Assembly (NCBI GenBank): GCA_020631815.1
Contig: JACKGW010000004.1
Coordinates: 112,184 to 176,183 of the forward strand
Origin: Planctomycetota bacterium
GTDB lineage: Bacteria > Planctomycetota > PLA2 > JAEUHO01
Reading direction: 5' to 3'
DNA length: 64,000 nucleotides
Shown: one piece after another, positions 1-9,736 of the stretch
Numbering within the stretch: the stretch's first letter is position 1
Layout: each line of letters starts with the position of its first letter
Notes under the pieces: generated by a model
What the model saw: only the letters and a program-made list of their open reading frames with translations
Told to the model about the DNA's origin: nothing
Database searches by the model: none
Translations under genes and position numbers: made by a program

Positions 1-862
1 GAGCTTCGACGGGCGGCGCGCGCAGGGCGACGGCGGCCGCGCAGAGCTCACGTGGGATGACCTGCGCCCACATCGCGTGCGACGCAGGTGAAGTGGCCAA
101 GAGCTCCAGGAGAGCGCTTGTCGCCTCCGTCGTGGGAATGCTCGCGATGCCCTCGACCCAGATCTCGGGGGGCCTTCTCGGGCGAGGGTCCTTCCGCAAG
201 CGAGCAAGCAGGGGCTCCACGTACGCCGCGTGCCTGAACAGCTTCGGGTCCGGGACGACGCCATCACCGGAGCCGTGGCGGGAGCTCTTGTCCAGGTGTC
301 CTTCCAGGACGTGCAACACGGCGTCGACGCGCTCAGGTGTCGGCTCCAGCAGCTCGATGGAGGTCTCCGTCCAACGCGGATCTTCGTCGGGTGGAAGCTC
401 GCGGGGGAGGCCCGAGTAGTCCTTGCCTCCCGGCCCCTTCCACCTCAGCGAGTGGAACAGTCGGACGCGGTAGCGTCCGGGTCGATCGAGAACGCCGTAG
501 CGGCCGAGCGACACGACCCGCACGAACGGGCGAGCTACCGTCACGGCCTGCGTCACGTGGGGCCACGAGACGGCCATGTTCCCCGAGCGCGGGAAGACGA
601 CTTGCTGGCCCGACGCGTCGAAGACCTGCAGGACCCACCAATCGTCGAAACCGGGTGGCGTGGCGGTCACCTCGAACTTCTGGTCGCCGACGTTCTCCAC
701 GACGTAGCGCACGGAGACGTTGTCGCCGACACACCATGTCGTACGAATGGGCTCGAGACGGATGCGCGCACCGTTCGGCGTCGCCTGCGTGGGCTCGCCG
801 TGGGCCGTGGACGTGGCGGCCAGGGCCGCCAGAAACAGGCCCAGCCCCGTCGTGCGACGCAT
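1..862 (-). CDS. Secreted hypothetical protein, partial (C-terminus lies beyond the window start)
   Basis: Manual minus-strand translation from ATG at about 862 gives MRRTTGLGLFLAALAATSTAHG (signal peptide), followed by an open frame with high GC3 that runs to position 1 without a stop. It is absent from the ORF track only because no stop falls inside the window. The plus-strand ORFs 230..997 and 337..1575 are R/G/D/H-rich antisense shadows of it. Confidence 0.5.
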   Translation of the reverse strand, partial: MRRTTGLGLFLAALAATSTAHGEPTQATPNGARIRLEPIRTTWCVGDNVSVRYVVENVGDQKFEVTATPPGFDDWWVLQVFDASGQQVVFPRSGNMAVSWPHVTQAVTVARPFVRVVSLGRYGVLDRPGRYRVRLFHSLRWKGPGGKDYSGLPRELPPDEDPRWTETSIELLEPTPERVDAVLHVLEGHLDKSSRHGSGDGVVPDPKLFRHAAYVEPLLARLRKDPRPRRPPEIWVEGIASIPTTEATSALLELLATSPASHAMWAQVIPRELCAAAVALRAPPVEA

Positions 863-981
863 CGACACCTCCTCGTCCAAGCGACGTTGCGCGATCAAAC
901 GCACTCCGTGGCGCGTGGTTCGAGACCCCGGGTGGTCGCGCTGCTGGCGTGCACTGGCGGTCAGCCCCTACGCGGCACGAA

Positions 982-1242
982 TCACCTGCCCAGATAGCCG
1001 ACGATCACGAAGAAGAACACGCTCATCAGCACGGCGAGGAGGGCCCTTGCCCGGTTCGCGTGCTCCCACTCCGGCGTCCGCTCGATCTGCGTGATGCCCT
1101 TGCGTCGCGTGGCCCAGACATGCCAGTTCCACGCCGTCGTGGGAAAGATCAACCCGACGAGCCCCGACCCGAGAAGGAGAAGCGCGCCGACGCGAGCGGC
1201 CACCACGGGGACATCCGAGCTGGCAGCCAGGTGGACGGGCAT
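982..1242 (-). CDS. Small membrane protein (86 aa, two predicted TM helices), hypothetical
   Basis: ORF with high GC3 and two hydrophobic stretches (VVAARVGALLLLGSGLVGLIF and ALLAVLMSVFFFVIVGYL). No recognisable motif. Confidence 0.4.
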   Translation of the reverse strand: MPVHLAASSDVPVVAARVGALLLLGSGLVGLIFPTTAWNWHVWATRRKGITQIERTPEWEHANRARALLAVLMSVFFFVIVGYLGR

Positions 1243-1365
1243 GACAGACCTCCGGAGGGACGTTGCAGGGCCGCGGCCCGATCTCCGTACCCAACCTACG
1301 TGAGGCGGACGCCCAAGAACCGCGTATGGAGCCGGCCCGTCCTGGACGGGCCCGATGGCACCACG

Positions 1366-1641
1366 CTAGCCCTCGGCCTCGACGAGGGCTCGCAGCCGCG
1401 TCGTCATCTCCTGCAGGATCATCACGACGTCGATCAGGTGGTCGGAGCTGACGCGCCCCCACGTCAGCGCTTGCATGCGGAGCGATGCGTGACGGCGGGC
1501 GAGGTCCTCGTCGGAGATGGCCTCGGGCGGGAGACCACCGAGGTCGATGCCCAGCATGCGCAGGTCGCCGCCTGAGGCCCGGGCGCGCTGCAGCGCCACC
1601 TCGTAGCGTTCGAGGGCGCGTCGGTTGTTGCTGGAAGTCAC
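1366..1641 (-). CDS. Hypothetical small protein (91 aa)
   Basis: Coherent ORF with high GC3 immediately downstream of tRNA-Cys on the same strand. No recognisable domain. Confidence 0.4.
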   Translation of the reverse strand: MTSSNNRRALERYEVALQRARASGGDLRMLGIDLGGLPPEAISDEDLARRHASLRMQALTWGRVSSDHLIDVVMILQEMTTRLRALVEAEG

Positions 1642-1698
1642 TTACCTCCTCGACGTCAAGGACCGGGCTCGATGGCGCGGGTGTCCAGACGGAGGAAG

Positions 1699-1772
1699 TG
1701 GAGGCACCGCCCGGAATCGAACCGGGATACACGGATTTGCAATCCGTTGCCTGACCACTCGGCCACGGTGCC
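1699..1772 (-). tRNA. tRNA-Cys (anticodon GCA)
   Basis: The reverse complement reads GGCACCGTGGCCGAGTGGTCAGGCAACGGATTGCAAATCCGTGTATCCCGGTTCGATTCCGGGCGGTGCCTCCA. It has a 7-bp acceptor stem (GGCACCG/CGGTGCC), an anticodon loop ATTGCAAATC with GCA, a T-loop GGTTCGATTCC and an encoded CCA end. Length is 74 nt. Confidence 0.85.
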
Positions 1773-1923
1773 TTGAAGGGCGCCTATCCAAGCCGGGGCG
1801 GGCCGGAACGCAAGCCTGGGCCGCCGCCAAATGGAGCGGCCCGCGCGGATCGGGTCCGCGCGGGCCTGCAAAGGGTCGGGCATCCCCAGGGGAGGCCCGG
1901 CAAGGGGGCGGGACTCGCCCTGC

Positions 1924-2583
1924 TCAGCGCATGCCGCCTTCGTCGGGGGCCTCGTCGCCGCCCTCGGGCGCCTCGGGCTCGTCCGTCTCCACGACGCGCG
2001 TGTAGATGATCTCCATGTCCTTCATCCAGGTGTTCTTCCCGGGAGGACTCTTCTCGCTGACCATCGTGTACTTGTCGTCGCTCTCGATCTTGAACGTCCA
2101 GCGCGCATCGAACGTACCGAAGGGCGTGGCTTCGCTGCCCGTGACGACGATCGTCTTGAGGTCGCTCGTGCTGGCGCCTTCCCACGTGCCCTGGTTGCTA
2201 CCGACGCTGTCGATCCAGCTCATCTGCCAGACCTTGCGGAAGTTGTCGTGGCTCAGGAGGCCACGACCCTCGAAGGGCATGCCCATCATCGAGCCGGAGT
2301 ACCAGGTCTCGAGGTGACGACCGCCGAGGATCATCGCGTTCTCGGAGCTGCCCTTGCCCTCGTCCATCATCTCGCCCGTCGGGCCGAAGAAGCGCGTGGT
2401 CGCGCTCCAGGCGCCCTCGAGCTTCTCGAGCTGCGCCTGGGCAGGGCCGGGCTCGTGCATCTTCATGTAGGCGGCCATCGGATCGGCGCCCCCGGCGGGC
2501 GGATCCTCGGCACGGCCGCGCGCAGCCAGCGCGCCCACGGCAAGGGTCGCGGCCAGCGCGATCCCGAAACGTCGCATCGTCAT
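1924..2583 (-). CDS. Secreted DUF1579-family protein
   Basis: 219 aa with an N-terminal signal peptide (MTMRRFGIALAATLAVGALAARGRA). The composition and motifs match what I recall of DUF1579 proteins. This is recognition by eye only. Confidence 0.6.
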   Translation of the reverse strand: MTMRRFGIALAATLAVGALAARGRAEDPPAGGADPMAAYMKMHEPGPAQAQLEKLEGAWSATTRFFGPTGEMMDEGKGSSENAMILGGRHLETWYSGSMMGMPFEGRGLLSHDNFRKVWQMSWIDSVGSNQGTWEGASTSDLKTIVVTGSEATPFGTFDARWTFKIESDDKYTMVSEKSPPGKNTWMKDMEIIYTRVVETDEPEAPEGGDEAPDEGGMR

Positions 2584-2666
2584 CGTGTCCTCCCGGGCCC
2601 CTGGCCCGTGTGCGCAGGAGGGGTGCGGGCCCCTCCTCGTGAAGGACGAGATGGTACGAAACGTGG

Positions 2667-5600
2667 CTAGGAGCGGCGCGGGAGGCGCGGGGGCGCCATG
2701 CTCGGCACCGGCCCGAAGGTCGGCAGGGCAGGCTTCTTCTCGCCCAGGAGCCGCTTCATCTCGGTCCAGGCCCGCTCCAGCTGCGGGTCGCGGCCCGCGG
2801 CGTGGTCGGCCGGCATGATGTCCACCGGGATGTCCGGGTCCGTCCCGTAGTTCTCGACGGCGTAGCCGACGTCCTGGAACCAGTAGGCGAACTCGGGCTG
2901 CGTGGTGACGGTGCCGTCGACCAGCGCGTGGCGCGGCCAGATGCCGACGACGCCACCCCAGGTCCGGCGGCCGATCAGGGGGCCGAGGCCGTAGATCTTC
3001 CAGCTGTGGCTGAAGATGTCGCCGTCGGAGCCCGCGTGCTCGTTGGTGAGCGCCACGAGGCAGCCGGTGGTGGCGTCCTGCGGGTAGGGCATCACCCCCA
3101 TCCAGCGCGTGCGGTCGTAGCCGATGCGCCGGCGCAGGAGCTTCTCCAGCAGCAGCTGGCTCACGTGGCCGCCGCCGTTGTAGCGGACGTCCACCACGAG
3201 GCCGTCGCGACGGGCTTCCCCGCGGTAGTAGCGGTGGAACTCGCTGAAGCCGCGCGGACCCATGTCGGGCACGTGGACGTAGCCCACCCGCCCCTTGCTG
3301 ACCTTGTGGATGTAGGCGCGGTTGCGCTCCACCCAGTCGCGGTAGCGCAGCTCGTGTTCGCTGCCGAGCGTGCGCACGACGACCGTGCGCGGCTTGGCCG
3401 CACCACGACGCACCGTGACGGCCACGTCGCTACGCGCGCGGTGCACGAGGGCCGCGGCCGGCGAGGTCTTGCGATCGAGCGCCTTCCCGTCGATCGCCGT
3501 GATGAGGTCGCCCTCCTGGATGCCCAGGCCAGGTGCCGCCAGCGGCGAGCGCCCGCCCGGCGACCACGTGTCGCCTTGCGGCAGGCGCGTGATGCGCCAC
3601 GCCGAGAGCCGACTGTCCCAAGCGATGTCGGCGCCAAGACGCCCCACCGGGTAGCTGCGACCGGGCGCGTACTCGCCGCCCATCTCGTAGCAGTGCGACG
3701 TGCCGAGCTCGCCCTGCATCTCCCACATGAGGTCGGAGAACTCGCTGCGCGTGCTGACGCGCGCCACGAGGGGGTGGTAGCGCTCGTGCACGGCTTGCCA
3801 GTCGACGCCGGCCATGTCGGCGGTCCAGAACTGGTCGCGCTGCAGGCGCCACGCCTCGTGGAACATCTGCTCCCACTCGAGCGCCGGGTTGACCTCGACC
3901 TTGAGACGACCCAGGTCGAGCCAGCCGGTCTTGCGCGACGGCTCGCTCTCGCCCGAGGCCTCCTTGGGCTTGGTGGTGCCCGCGAGCACGCGCAAGCGAT
4001 CGCCCACGCGCAGCAGCAGGTGACGGCCGTCCGCGGTGGCCTCGACATCGGTGATGCGCTCGCCGAACACCTGGCGTTCGCCGGCCTCGAGGTCGTACGC
4101 GGTGAGCTCGGCGCGCGGGGCGCTGGCCGGGGCGTCGTCAAGGCTGCCGGTAGGATCCACCGAGAGGAACAGGAAGCGGTTCTTCACCGCGACCAAGCCC
4201 TCGTAGCGCGCCTCGGGCACGGGGAACGCGAGCACGCGGCGCGCGATGTCCTTGAGGTCCACGCGCACGGGCTCGGGGCCCGGCTTCTTCTTCGCGTTGC
4301 CGGCACCCTTCTTCGTGGGCGCGGGCTTGGCGTCCCCACCGCCCGGCACCACGGGCTTGGCCTCCTTGCGGCCGGGCGCGAACGGATCCGCGGCATCCGC
4401 AGCGAGCGGCACGAGGCACGGCACGAAGCCACGCGGGAAGCCGAGGTCGAAGTAGTGGCTGTCGTAGACGGGGTCGAACACGCGGCCGGACAAGAACGCG
4501 AGGTACTTGCCGTCGGGATCGAAGGCCGGCGTGCCATCGAAGAAGTCGCCGTTGGTCACGTCGTGGAGCGCGGCGTCCTTCGTGTCGTACAGCTTGAGCG
4601 AGGAGCCCGAGTGGCTCTCGGCCAGGCCGAAGGCCAGCCAGCGACCGTCGGGCGACCACGCCAGACCCCCGATGCGGTGGAACGGGCTGGACGCGACCTT
4701 CTGGGCGCGGCCCGTCGCGAGATCCACGACCAGCACTTCCTGGCGGTGGTTGGCGACGGCCACGCGGTCGGCTCCCGCCGGCGCGACGGCCATGTCGAGG
4801 ACGCGGCCGATGTCGGCGCGCAGGCGCTTGGGACGCCCCTCGCCCGAGGCCTTGGCCACCACGAGGCGCTCCTCGCCGTCGGCATCACTGACCGTGACGA
4901 AGCGCTCGCCGTCGGGCAGCCACGCGGACATGCGCTGGCGTTCGGACGAGGTCTCGCCGTGGCGGCGCGGCGCGCCCTCCCACAGTGCCATCGTCCACGT
5001 GCCGCCGCGCGTGACGACGGCAACGGAGTGGCCCTGCGGATGAAGGGAGGCGCTCTCCATGTACTTGGCCGCGGGCACGTAGCGGCGCGTGCGCTGCGTA
5101 CGCGGGCTCGCGATGCGCACGTCGATCTTGCTGCTCGTGTCGCTGGCGAGATCGTGGACCCAGAGGTCGGCGCCGAGGTGGTAGACGATGCGCTGGCCGT
5201 CGGTGGCAGCCATGCGCGCGTACAGGCCTTCGTGGTCCGTGTGGCGCGTCAGCGAGCGGCCGGTGGGCGTGCACGAGTAGAGGTTGGCGTGGCCCTCGTG
5301 GTCGGAGAGGAACCAGATGCGCTTGCCGATCCACATCGGCGACGACAGGTTGCCGGGCGAATCGAGGAGCGGCTCGAAGGCCCCCTTGCCCTCACGGTCG
5401 ATCAGCAGGCGACCGCGCGTACCGCCGCGGTAGCGCTTCCAGCGCGCCGGGTCGCCGGTGTTGAGACCCAGCACGCGGCCCTTGCCGCCGGGCTCTTCCG
5501 CCAGCGCCCGCGCGGGGCCCAGCGGCAGCGGCTTGCTCGGCGAGCCGTCGAGCGGCACCTCGTGCAACCGGAAGTCGTTGGGGAAGGGCTGGTCGGCGTT

Positions 5601-5987
5601 GGAGATGACGAGCACCGACTTGCCATCGGCGCGCCAGCCCACCGTGCGCGTGATGCCACCCAGCCACGTGAGGCGACGCCACGTGCCGCCCTCGGCGGGC
5701 ATCACGTAGGCCTCGAAGCCACCGTCGTAGTCGGCCGTGAAGGCGAGCAGCTGCCCGTCGGGCGAGAGGCGCGGCGCCCCCACCTTGCCGTCCCCTGCCG
5801 TGAGTCGCGTCGCCAGGCCGCCTTCGCGGCCGACGGCCCACAGGTCGTCATCGCTGACGAAGACGATGCGGTCCCCGGCGATGGTGGGCTCGCGGTAGTA
5901 GCCCAGGGGGTGGGTCACGCCCTGGGGCGCACCCTTCGGGGCGGCTCGGCGCGTCGTGCGCCGGGCAGGCCGTCGCTTGGCTGCCAT
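2667..5987 (-). CDS. Tricorn protease homolog (beta-propeller, PDZ and S41-type peptidase domains)
   Basis: 1106 aa. The N-terminus carries WD40/TolB-like repeats (GDRIVFVSDDDLWAV, LSPDGQLLAFTADYDGGFEAY). The middle has a PDZ-like segment (GIQEGDLITAIDGKAL). The C-terminus has an S41 peptidase core (GRVGYVHVPDMG ... NEHAGSDGDIFSH). This length and domain order are typical of tricorn core protease. The 1218-aa plus-strand ORF 2802..6458 is its antisense shadow. Confidence 0.8.
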   Translation of the reverse strand: MAAKRRPARRTTRRAAPKGAPQGVTHPLGYYREPTIAGDRIVFVSDDDLWAVGREGGLATRLTAGDGKVGAPRLSPDGQLLAFTADYDGGFEAYVMPAEGGTWRRLTWLGGITRTVGWRADGKSVLVISNADQPFPNDFRLHEVPLDGSPSKPLPLGPARALAEEPGGKGRVLGLNTGDPARWKRYRGGTRGRLLIDREGKGAFEPLLDSPGNLSSPMWIGKRIWFLSDHEGHANLYSCTPTGRSLTRHTDHEGLYARMAATDGQRIVYHLGADLWVHDLASDTSSKIDVRIASPRTQRTRRYVPAAKYMESASLHPQGHSVAVVTRGGTWTMALWEGAPRRHGETSSERQRMSAWLPDGERFVTVSDADGEERLVVAKASGEGRPKRLRADIGRVLDMAVAPAGADRVAVANHRQEVLVVDLATGRAQKVASSPFHRIGGLAWSPDGRWLAFGLAESHSGSSLKLYDTKDAALHDVTNGDFFDGTPAFDPDGKYLAFLSGRVFDPVYDSHYFDLGFPRGFVPCLVPLAADAADPFAPGRKEAKPVVPGGGDAKPAPTKKGAGNAKKKPGPEPVRVDLKDIARRVLAFPVPEARYEGLVAVKNRFLFLSVDPTGSLDDAPASAPRAELTAYDLEAGERQVFGERITDVEATADGRHLLLRVGDRLRVLAGTTKPKEASGESEPSRKTGWLDLGRLKVEVNPALEWEQMFHEAWRLQRDQFWTADMAGVDWQAVHERYHPLVARVSTRSEFSDLMWEMQGELGTSHCYEMGGEYAPGRSYPVGRLGADIAWDSRLSAWRITRLPQGDTWSPGGRSPLAAPGLGIQEGDLITAIDGKALDRKTSPAAALVHRARSDVAVTVRRGAAKPRTVVVRTLGSEHELRYRDWVERNRAYIHKVSKGRVGYVHVPDMGPRGFSEFHRYYRGEARRDGLVVDVRYNGGGHVSQLLLEKLLRRRIGYDRTRWMGVMPYPQDATTGCLVALTNEHAGSDGDIFSHSWKIYGLGPLIGRRTWGGVVGIWPRHALVDGTVTTQPEFAYWFQDVGYAVENYGTDPDIPVDIMPADHAAGRDPQLERAWTEMKRLLGEKKPALPTFGPVPSMAPPRLPRRS

Positions 5988-6029
5988 GGATCCTCCGACG
6001 CCCGTCAGGCGCCGGGCGGGGGCGCAAGT

Positions 6030-6431
6030 CTACGGGCCCGCCGCGCGCGCGCCCTCCCGGGCACGACGGAGCAGCGCGGCGACCAAGAGCACCCCGGCCA
6101 GCCCCAAGGCCACGAGCCACAGGCGCCGTGCCGCAAGGGGGCGCGCGGCGTCCAGGTCGGCGCCCGCGGGCAAGACGAGCAGGGGCTGCTCGGGAGCCTC
6201 GGGGGGCACGACCAACCGCGAGCGGTCAAGCAGGAGCACGCGCTCCGGCCCGCCCGGCACCGGAGCCCCATGACGGCGGGCCGGGTCATCGCCGGGGACG
6301 AAGCCCGCCGCCGCGTCGGCGGCGTCGGCGGGCGCCAGCACGTAGCGCACGCCAACGCCCCACACCGCGTCCGCCGCAGCCGTGGCCACGAGCACGACGA
6401 GCGCGGCGAAGGCGAGGCGGCGCGAGCTCAC
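6030..6431 (-). CDS. Hypothetical membrane protein (133 aa)
   Basis: High GC3 with hydrophobic N- and C-terminal segments (LAFAALVVLVATAAA and LWLVALGLAGVLLVAALL). No recognisable domain. It could instead be an overprinted ORF. Confidence 0.35.
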   Translation of the reverse strand: MSSRRLAFAALVVLVATAAADAVWGVGVRYVLAPADAADAAAGFVPGDDPARRHGAPVPGGPERVLLLDRSRLVVPPEAPEQPLLVLPAGADLDAARPLAARRLWLVALGLAGVLLVAALLRRAREGARAAGP

Positions 6432-6441
6432 GACGTCGGGA

Positions 6442-7119
6442 TCACTTCTTCTGGATGACGCCCAGCAGGCCCACGTCGATGGTCCAGATCTGGGCCACGG
6501 CGCTGGTACCTACGGAGCCGTTGTCCATGCCGTACTGCTTGAGGTCGACGTCGAAGCGGCCGGTGATGCGGACCACGTCGTCGCCCACCCACTTCATCTC
6601 GCCGACCGAGCGGGCGTTCACCTGGAACGTCACGTCGTGGGTGACGCCGCGCATGGTCCACGCGCCCTCCACCTTCCAGACGGTCGGCTTCACGCGCGTC
6701 ATGCGCTTGATCTCGAGCCCCAGCGTGGGGTGGGTCTCCGCGTCGAGCCACGCGCCGCCCATCAGCTTGGTGTCGCGGTCGACGTGACCCGAGCGCAGGG
6801 CCTTCGCGGCCACGCTGAAGCTGCCCGTACCCACGCCCTTCTCGTCGATCGCCACCGTGCCGAGCATGTTCGACTCGTTGGCCTCGTTCGTCTCGCTGGT
6901 GAAGTCGACGAACGCGATCTGGCGCTCGACGCTGTCACCGACGCACATCACCGACTGCTTGCCCATCCAGGGGAACGAGACGGTCATCGCGCACTCGGCG
7001 AGCGGCGTGCCGCCCTCGGCGGCCGGGTGGTCCTGCGGGGCGGAGGGGCCGAGGTCGTCGCAGGCAGCAACGAGCGGCAGGAACGCGATCAGCGCTAGCA
7101 GGGGGAGGACGCGAGGCAT
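6442..7119 (-). CDS. YceI-like family lipoprotein
   Basis: The start is set at the internal Met (MPRVLPLLALIAFLPLVAAC), which gives a signal peptide with a lipobox-like VAAC. The rest is YceI-like (HPTLGLEIKRMTR ... GVTHDVTFQV ... FDVDLKQYGM). The upstream 25 codons in the track ORF 6442..7194 lack any signal peptide. Confidence 0.7.
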   Translation of the reverse strand: MPRVLPLLALIAFLPLVAACDDLGPSAPQDHPAAEGGTPLAECAMTVSFPWMGKQSVMCVGDSVERQIAFVDFTSETNEANESNMLGTVAIDEKGVGTGSFSVAAKALRSGHVDRDTKLMGGAWLDAETHPTLGLEIKRMTRVKPTVWKVEGAWTMRGVTHDVTFQVNARSVGEMKWVGDDVVRITGRFDVDLKQYGMDNGSVGTSAVAQIWTIDVGLLGVIQKK

Positions 7120-7215
7120 GGGAGTCTCCGTGGAGGTCGGGTTCGCGGAGCAAGGTCCGCACCGGGCCGGACGCCGGGCGCGCCAGGGTCGCATGAACCG
7201 TGCGGCGCGAGCCGA

Positions 7216-7737
7216 TCAGGCCGGACGTGCGGGATCGGCCGACGCGGCACACGGGGCCACGGCCCCAAGCTCGTCGATCCAGCGGCCGACGACGCTGCCC
7301 CGCGCGAGGTGGTGCGCGTAGTGCAGGTGCAGGCACTTGAGGCGCCGCCGGTCACGGATGCCGCCGATGCCGCGCTCGGCAAGACTCGCGGTGAGCCCCC
7401 GGGCCTCGAGCTCGGCACGCTCCTCGTCCGAGAGCAACGCCCCGCGCTCGAGCACGTAGGCGTCGTGGTCCGCCTCGTGCTGCGCACGCGCTTCGGCATC
7501 GGCGGCCAAGCGCTCTTCGAAGCGATGGATCCAGCCCGCGTGTTCGATGCGTGAGATGGCCTCCACGACCTGCGGGCAGACCAACCACCAAAGCGTCGGG
7601 AACGGCTCGAAGCGGCCATTCCCCGTTCGCACGGGATGGCACTTGAGCACGAGCGGATGACCCGCGGGACAGCGGACCTCGACATCGCTTCGCACGTCGT
7701 CGTGGACGAGGCGGATGCCGTGCTCGTGCGTGCTCAC
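7216..7737 (-). CDS. DUF501 domain protein
   Basis: 173 aa with the motifs VRCPAGHPLV and RRRLKCLHLHYAHHLARG, which are characteristic of DUF501. It overlaps ung by 4 nt. Confidence 0.55.
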   Translation of the reverse strand: MSTHEHGIRLVHDDVRSDVEVRCPAGHPLVLKCHPVRTGNGRFEPFPTLWWLVCPQVVEAISRIEHAGWIHRFEERLAADAEARAQHEADHDAYVLERGALLSDEERAELEARGLTASLAERGIGGIRDRRRLKCLHLHYAHHLARGSVVGRWIDELGAVAPCAASADPARPA

Positions 7738-8423
7738 TGCCGGGCCTTGGCGCGACCGATGGCGGTCCAGTCGATCGCCCGCGGACCGAGAATCGCATTC
7801 GCCGATGAGAAATGACCACAGCCTCGGAAATGGCGAACCGAAAGCGGCGAGGGGTGTCCGGCCTGCAGCGCGACGTGCGGCGCATGGATGCGGCGAGCGC
7901 GCCGCTTGGCGTCACTGCCCCACAGCAGGAACACGATCGGCTTCTCGCGCGCGACGAGCGCGTCGATCGTGGCGTCGACGAAGCGCTCCCAGCCGAAGCC
8001 GCGATGGCTACCGGCTTCGCCGGCGCGGACCGTGAGCGCCGTGTTGAGCAAGAGCACGCCTTGGTCGGCCCACGGCTTGAGGTCGCCGCGCACGCGTCCG
8101 AGCTCGACACCGAGGTCGCGCTGCACTTCGGCCACGATGTTGCGAAGCGACCCGGGCAGCGTGCCGCGACCGCGGTAGGAGAACGCCAGACCGTGCGCGT
8201 GCCCCGGCGTGGGGTACGGGTCCTGGCCCAGGATCACCACGCGCACGTCGTCGGGGTCCACGGCGGCGTACGCCGCGAACACCTGACGCGGCGAGGGCAG
8301 CACCTGCACACCGCGCTCACGCTCGGCGGCGATCGTCTCTTGCAGCTCGGCGAACCCCGGGTCGCGGATCGCGTCGGCCAGTACCCCCCGCCACGCGACG
8401 GGGAGCAAGCCCACCGCGCTCAA
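7734..8423 (-). CDS. ung: Uracil-DNA glycosylase (family 1)
   Basis: Carries the hallmark VVILGQDPYPTPGHAHGLAFS water-activating loop and the downstream LLLNTALTV and HPSPLS motifs. 229 aa. Confidence 0.85.
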   Translation of the reverse strand: MSAVGLLPVAWRGVLADAIRDPGFAELQETIAAERERGVQVLPSPRQVFAAYAAVDPDDVRVVILGQDPYPTPGHAHGLAFSYRGRGTLPGSLRNIVAEVQRDLGVELGRVRGDLKPWADQGVLLLNTALTVRAGEAGSHRGFGWERFVDATIDALVAREKPIVFLLWGSDAKRRARRIHAPHVALQAGHPSPLSVRHFRGCGHFSSANAILGPRAIDWTAIGRAKARQ

Positions 8424-9660
8424 CGAGAGGCCCCTTCACGCAGGCGGGCCACGGCCTTCTCGCGAGTCGCCGCATCGGCGGCCGGGTCGACGTCGAACGA
8501 CGCGCCGAACGCACGACGTCCGACGACGGCGGCCGCACGGCGCATGGCGAGGTCGTCCACCAGGAGGGCACGCAGCGCGAGCTCGCCACTCCCCGGCGGC
8601 AGCGCACCCTCGCCTTGCCGGGCGATGGCCTCGATCAGCTCGATCGGCGTGTTCGCGTCGTACGGCGCGGGGCTCGTCGCGAGGGCGGCCGCGGCGTCCA
8701 AGCGCGCCAGCAGCCGGAGGTGGAACCAGGCCGAACCAGCCCAAGGGCCGTCGTAGGACGCAGATCCGGACACGGACTTGACCGCCTTCGTGCGCTCTTC
8801 GTCCGTCAGCGTGGCGGCGCGTCCCGCAACCCACGCCAACAACGTGGACGTCGCCGGCTCCTCGCCCCCCACCTGCAGGAACGTCATGGGCTCGAGCGCG
8901 GCATCGATGCCGATCGCATCGAGGAGCCCCGTGTCGCCCCCCACCACGGCAGCGTGGAGAGCCGGACCCGCCAGCTCGCTCGGGGCATCGTCGCCCTCGA
9001 ACAACGCGCGTGCTGCGCGACGGGCCATGGCGTCGTCGGCGAGCAAGGCGTCGCGCAAGGCCGCGCGCTCGGCCTCGTCCTCGCGCAGCGCCGTGCGTGC
9101 CGCGTCCTTCGCCTTGCCGTCCTTCGCGAGGAGGTCCTTCCACACAGGACCGCTGGCCTCGGCCAGCTGGGCCTCGAGCTCGCGCACGCGGGCCTGTGTC
9201 TCGGCGAGCTCGCCGGATGGGGCGGGCGTCGCTTCGATGGCGGCACCCGGCAGCGCGTCGGCGGCCGGCGTCTCCTGGGCTGCGGCCTCCGCGGCCGCAC
9301 GCCACGCGTCGCGCTCCACGGCCAAACGCAAGTTCTCCTGGCGCGCCTGGGCCAGCGCGCGCTGCTCGGCCTCCAGCGCTTCGCGGGTCTTGCGCAAGCC
9401 CTGGCTGGCGGCCATGAACTCCTCGTCGAGCACGAGCGCGTGGGCGAGATCCGCCTCCGCCGTGGCCGGCGTGGAGGTGCCCGCGGCAGCCGGGGCTGCG
9501 GAGTGCGCGGCGCTCTCGACGGGCGGCGCCGCGGGAGCATCGGTCTTGCCCCGCCCCCGCAGCTGGACCAGCGAGAAGATGGCCAAGAGCACCACCGCGA
9601 GCCAGGGCACCCACGAGACCGCGGCGCGGCCGGAACAGGAACGACGAGAGCTGTGCATCC
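8420..9660 (-). CDS. Membrane-anchored coiled-coil protein, hypothetical
   Basis: The start is set at internal ATG (MHSSRRSCSGRAAVSWVPWLAVVLLAIFSLV), which gives one TM anchor followed by Ala/Glu/Arg-rich heptad-like segments. The 270 N-terminal codons of track ORF 8420..10498 are antisense to tatD and are rejected. Confidence 0.55.
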
Positions 9661-9736
9661 GGATCCTCCTCGGGCGAGGCGGGGGGCAGTCTAGCCCCCA
9701 CACCCCGGATCCCCCCCTCACCGGTAGGCTCCCCCG

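Noticed and set aside
2802-6458. 1218-aa plus-strand ORF opposite the tricorn protease gene
   Set aside because: It is an antisense shadow in 70% GC DNA. It is extremely rich in R/G/A/V/H/D, has no recognisable motif, and the opposite strand encodes a well-recognised conserved protease.
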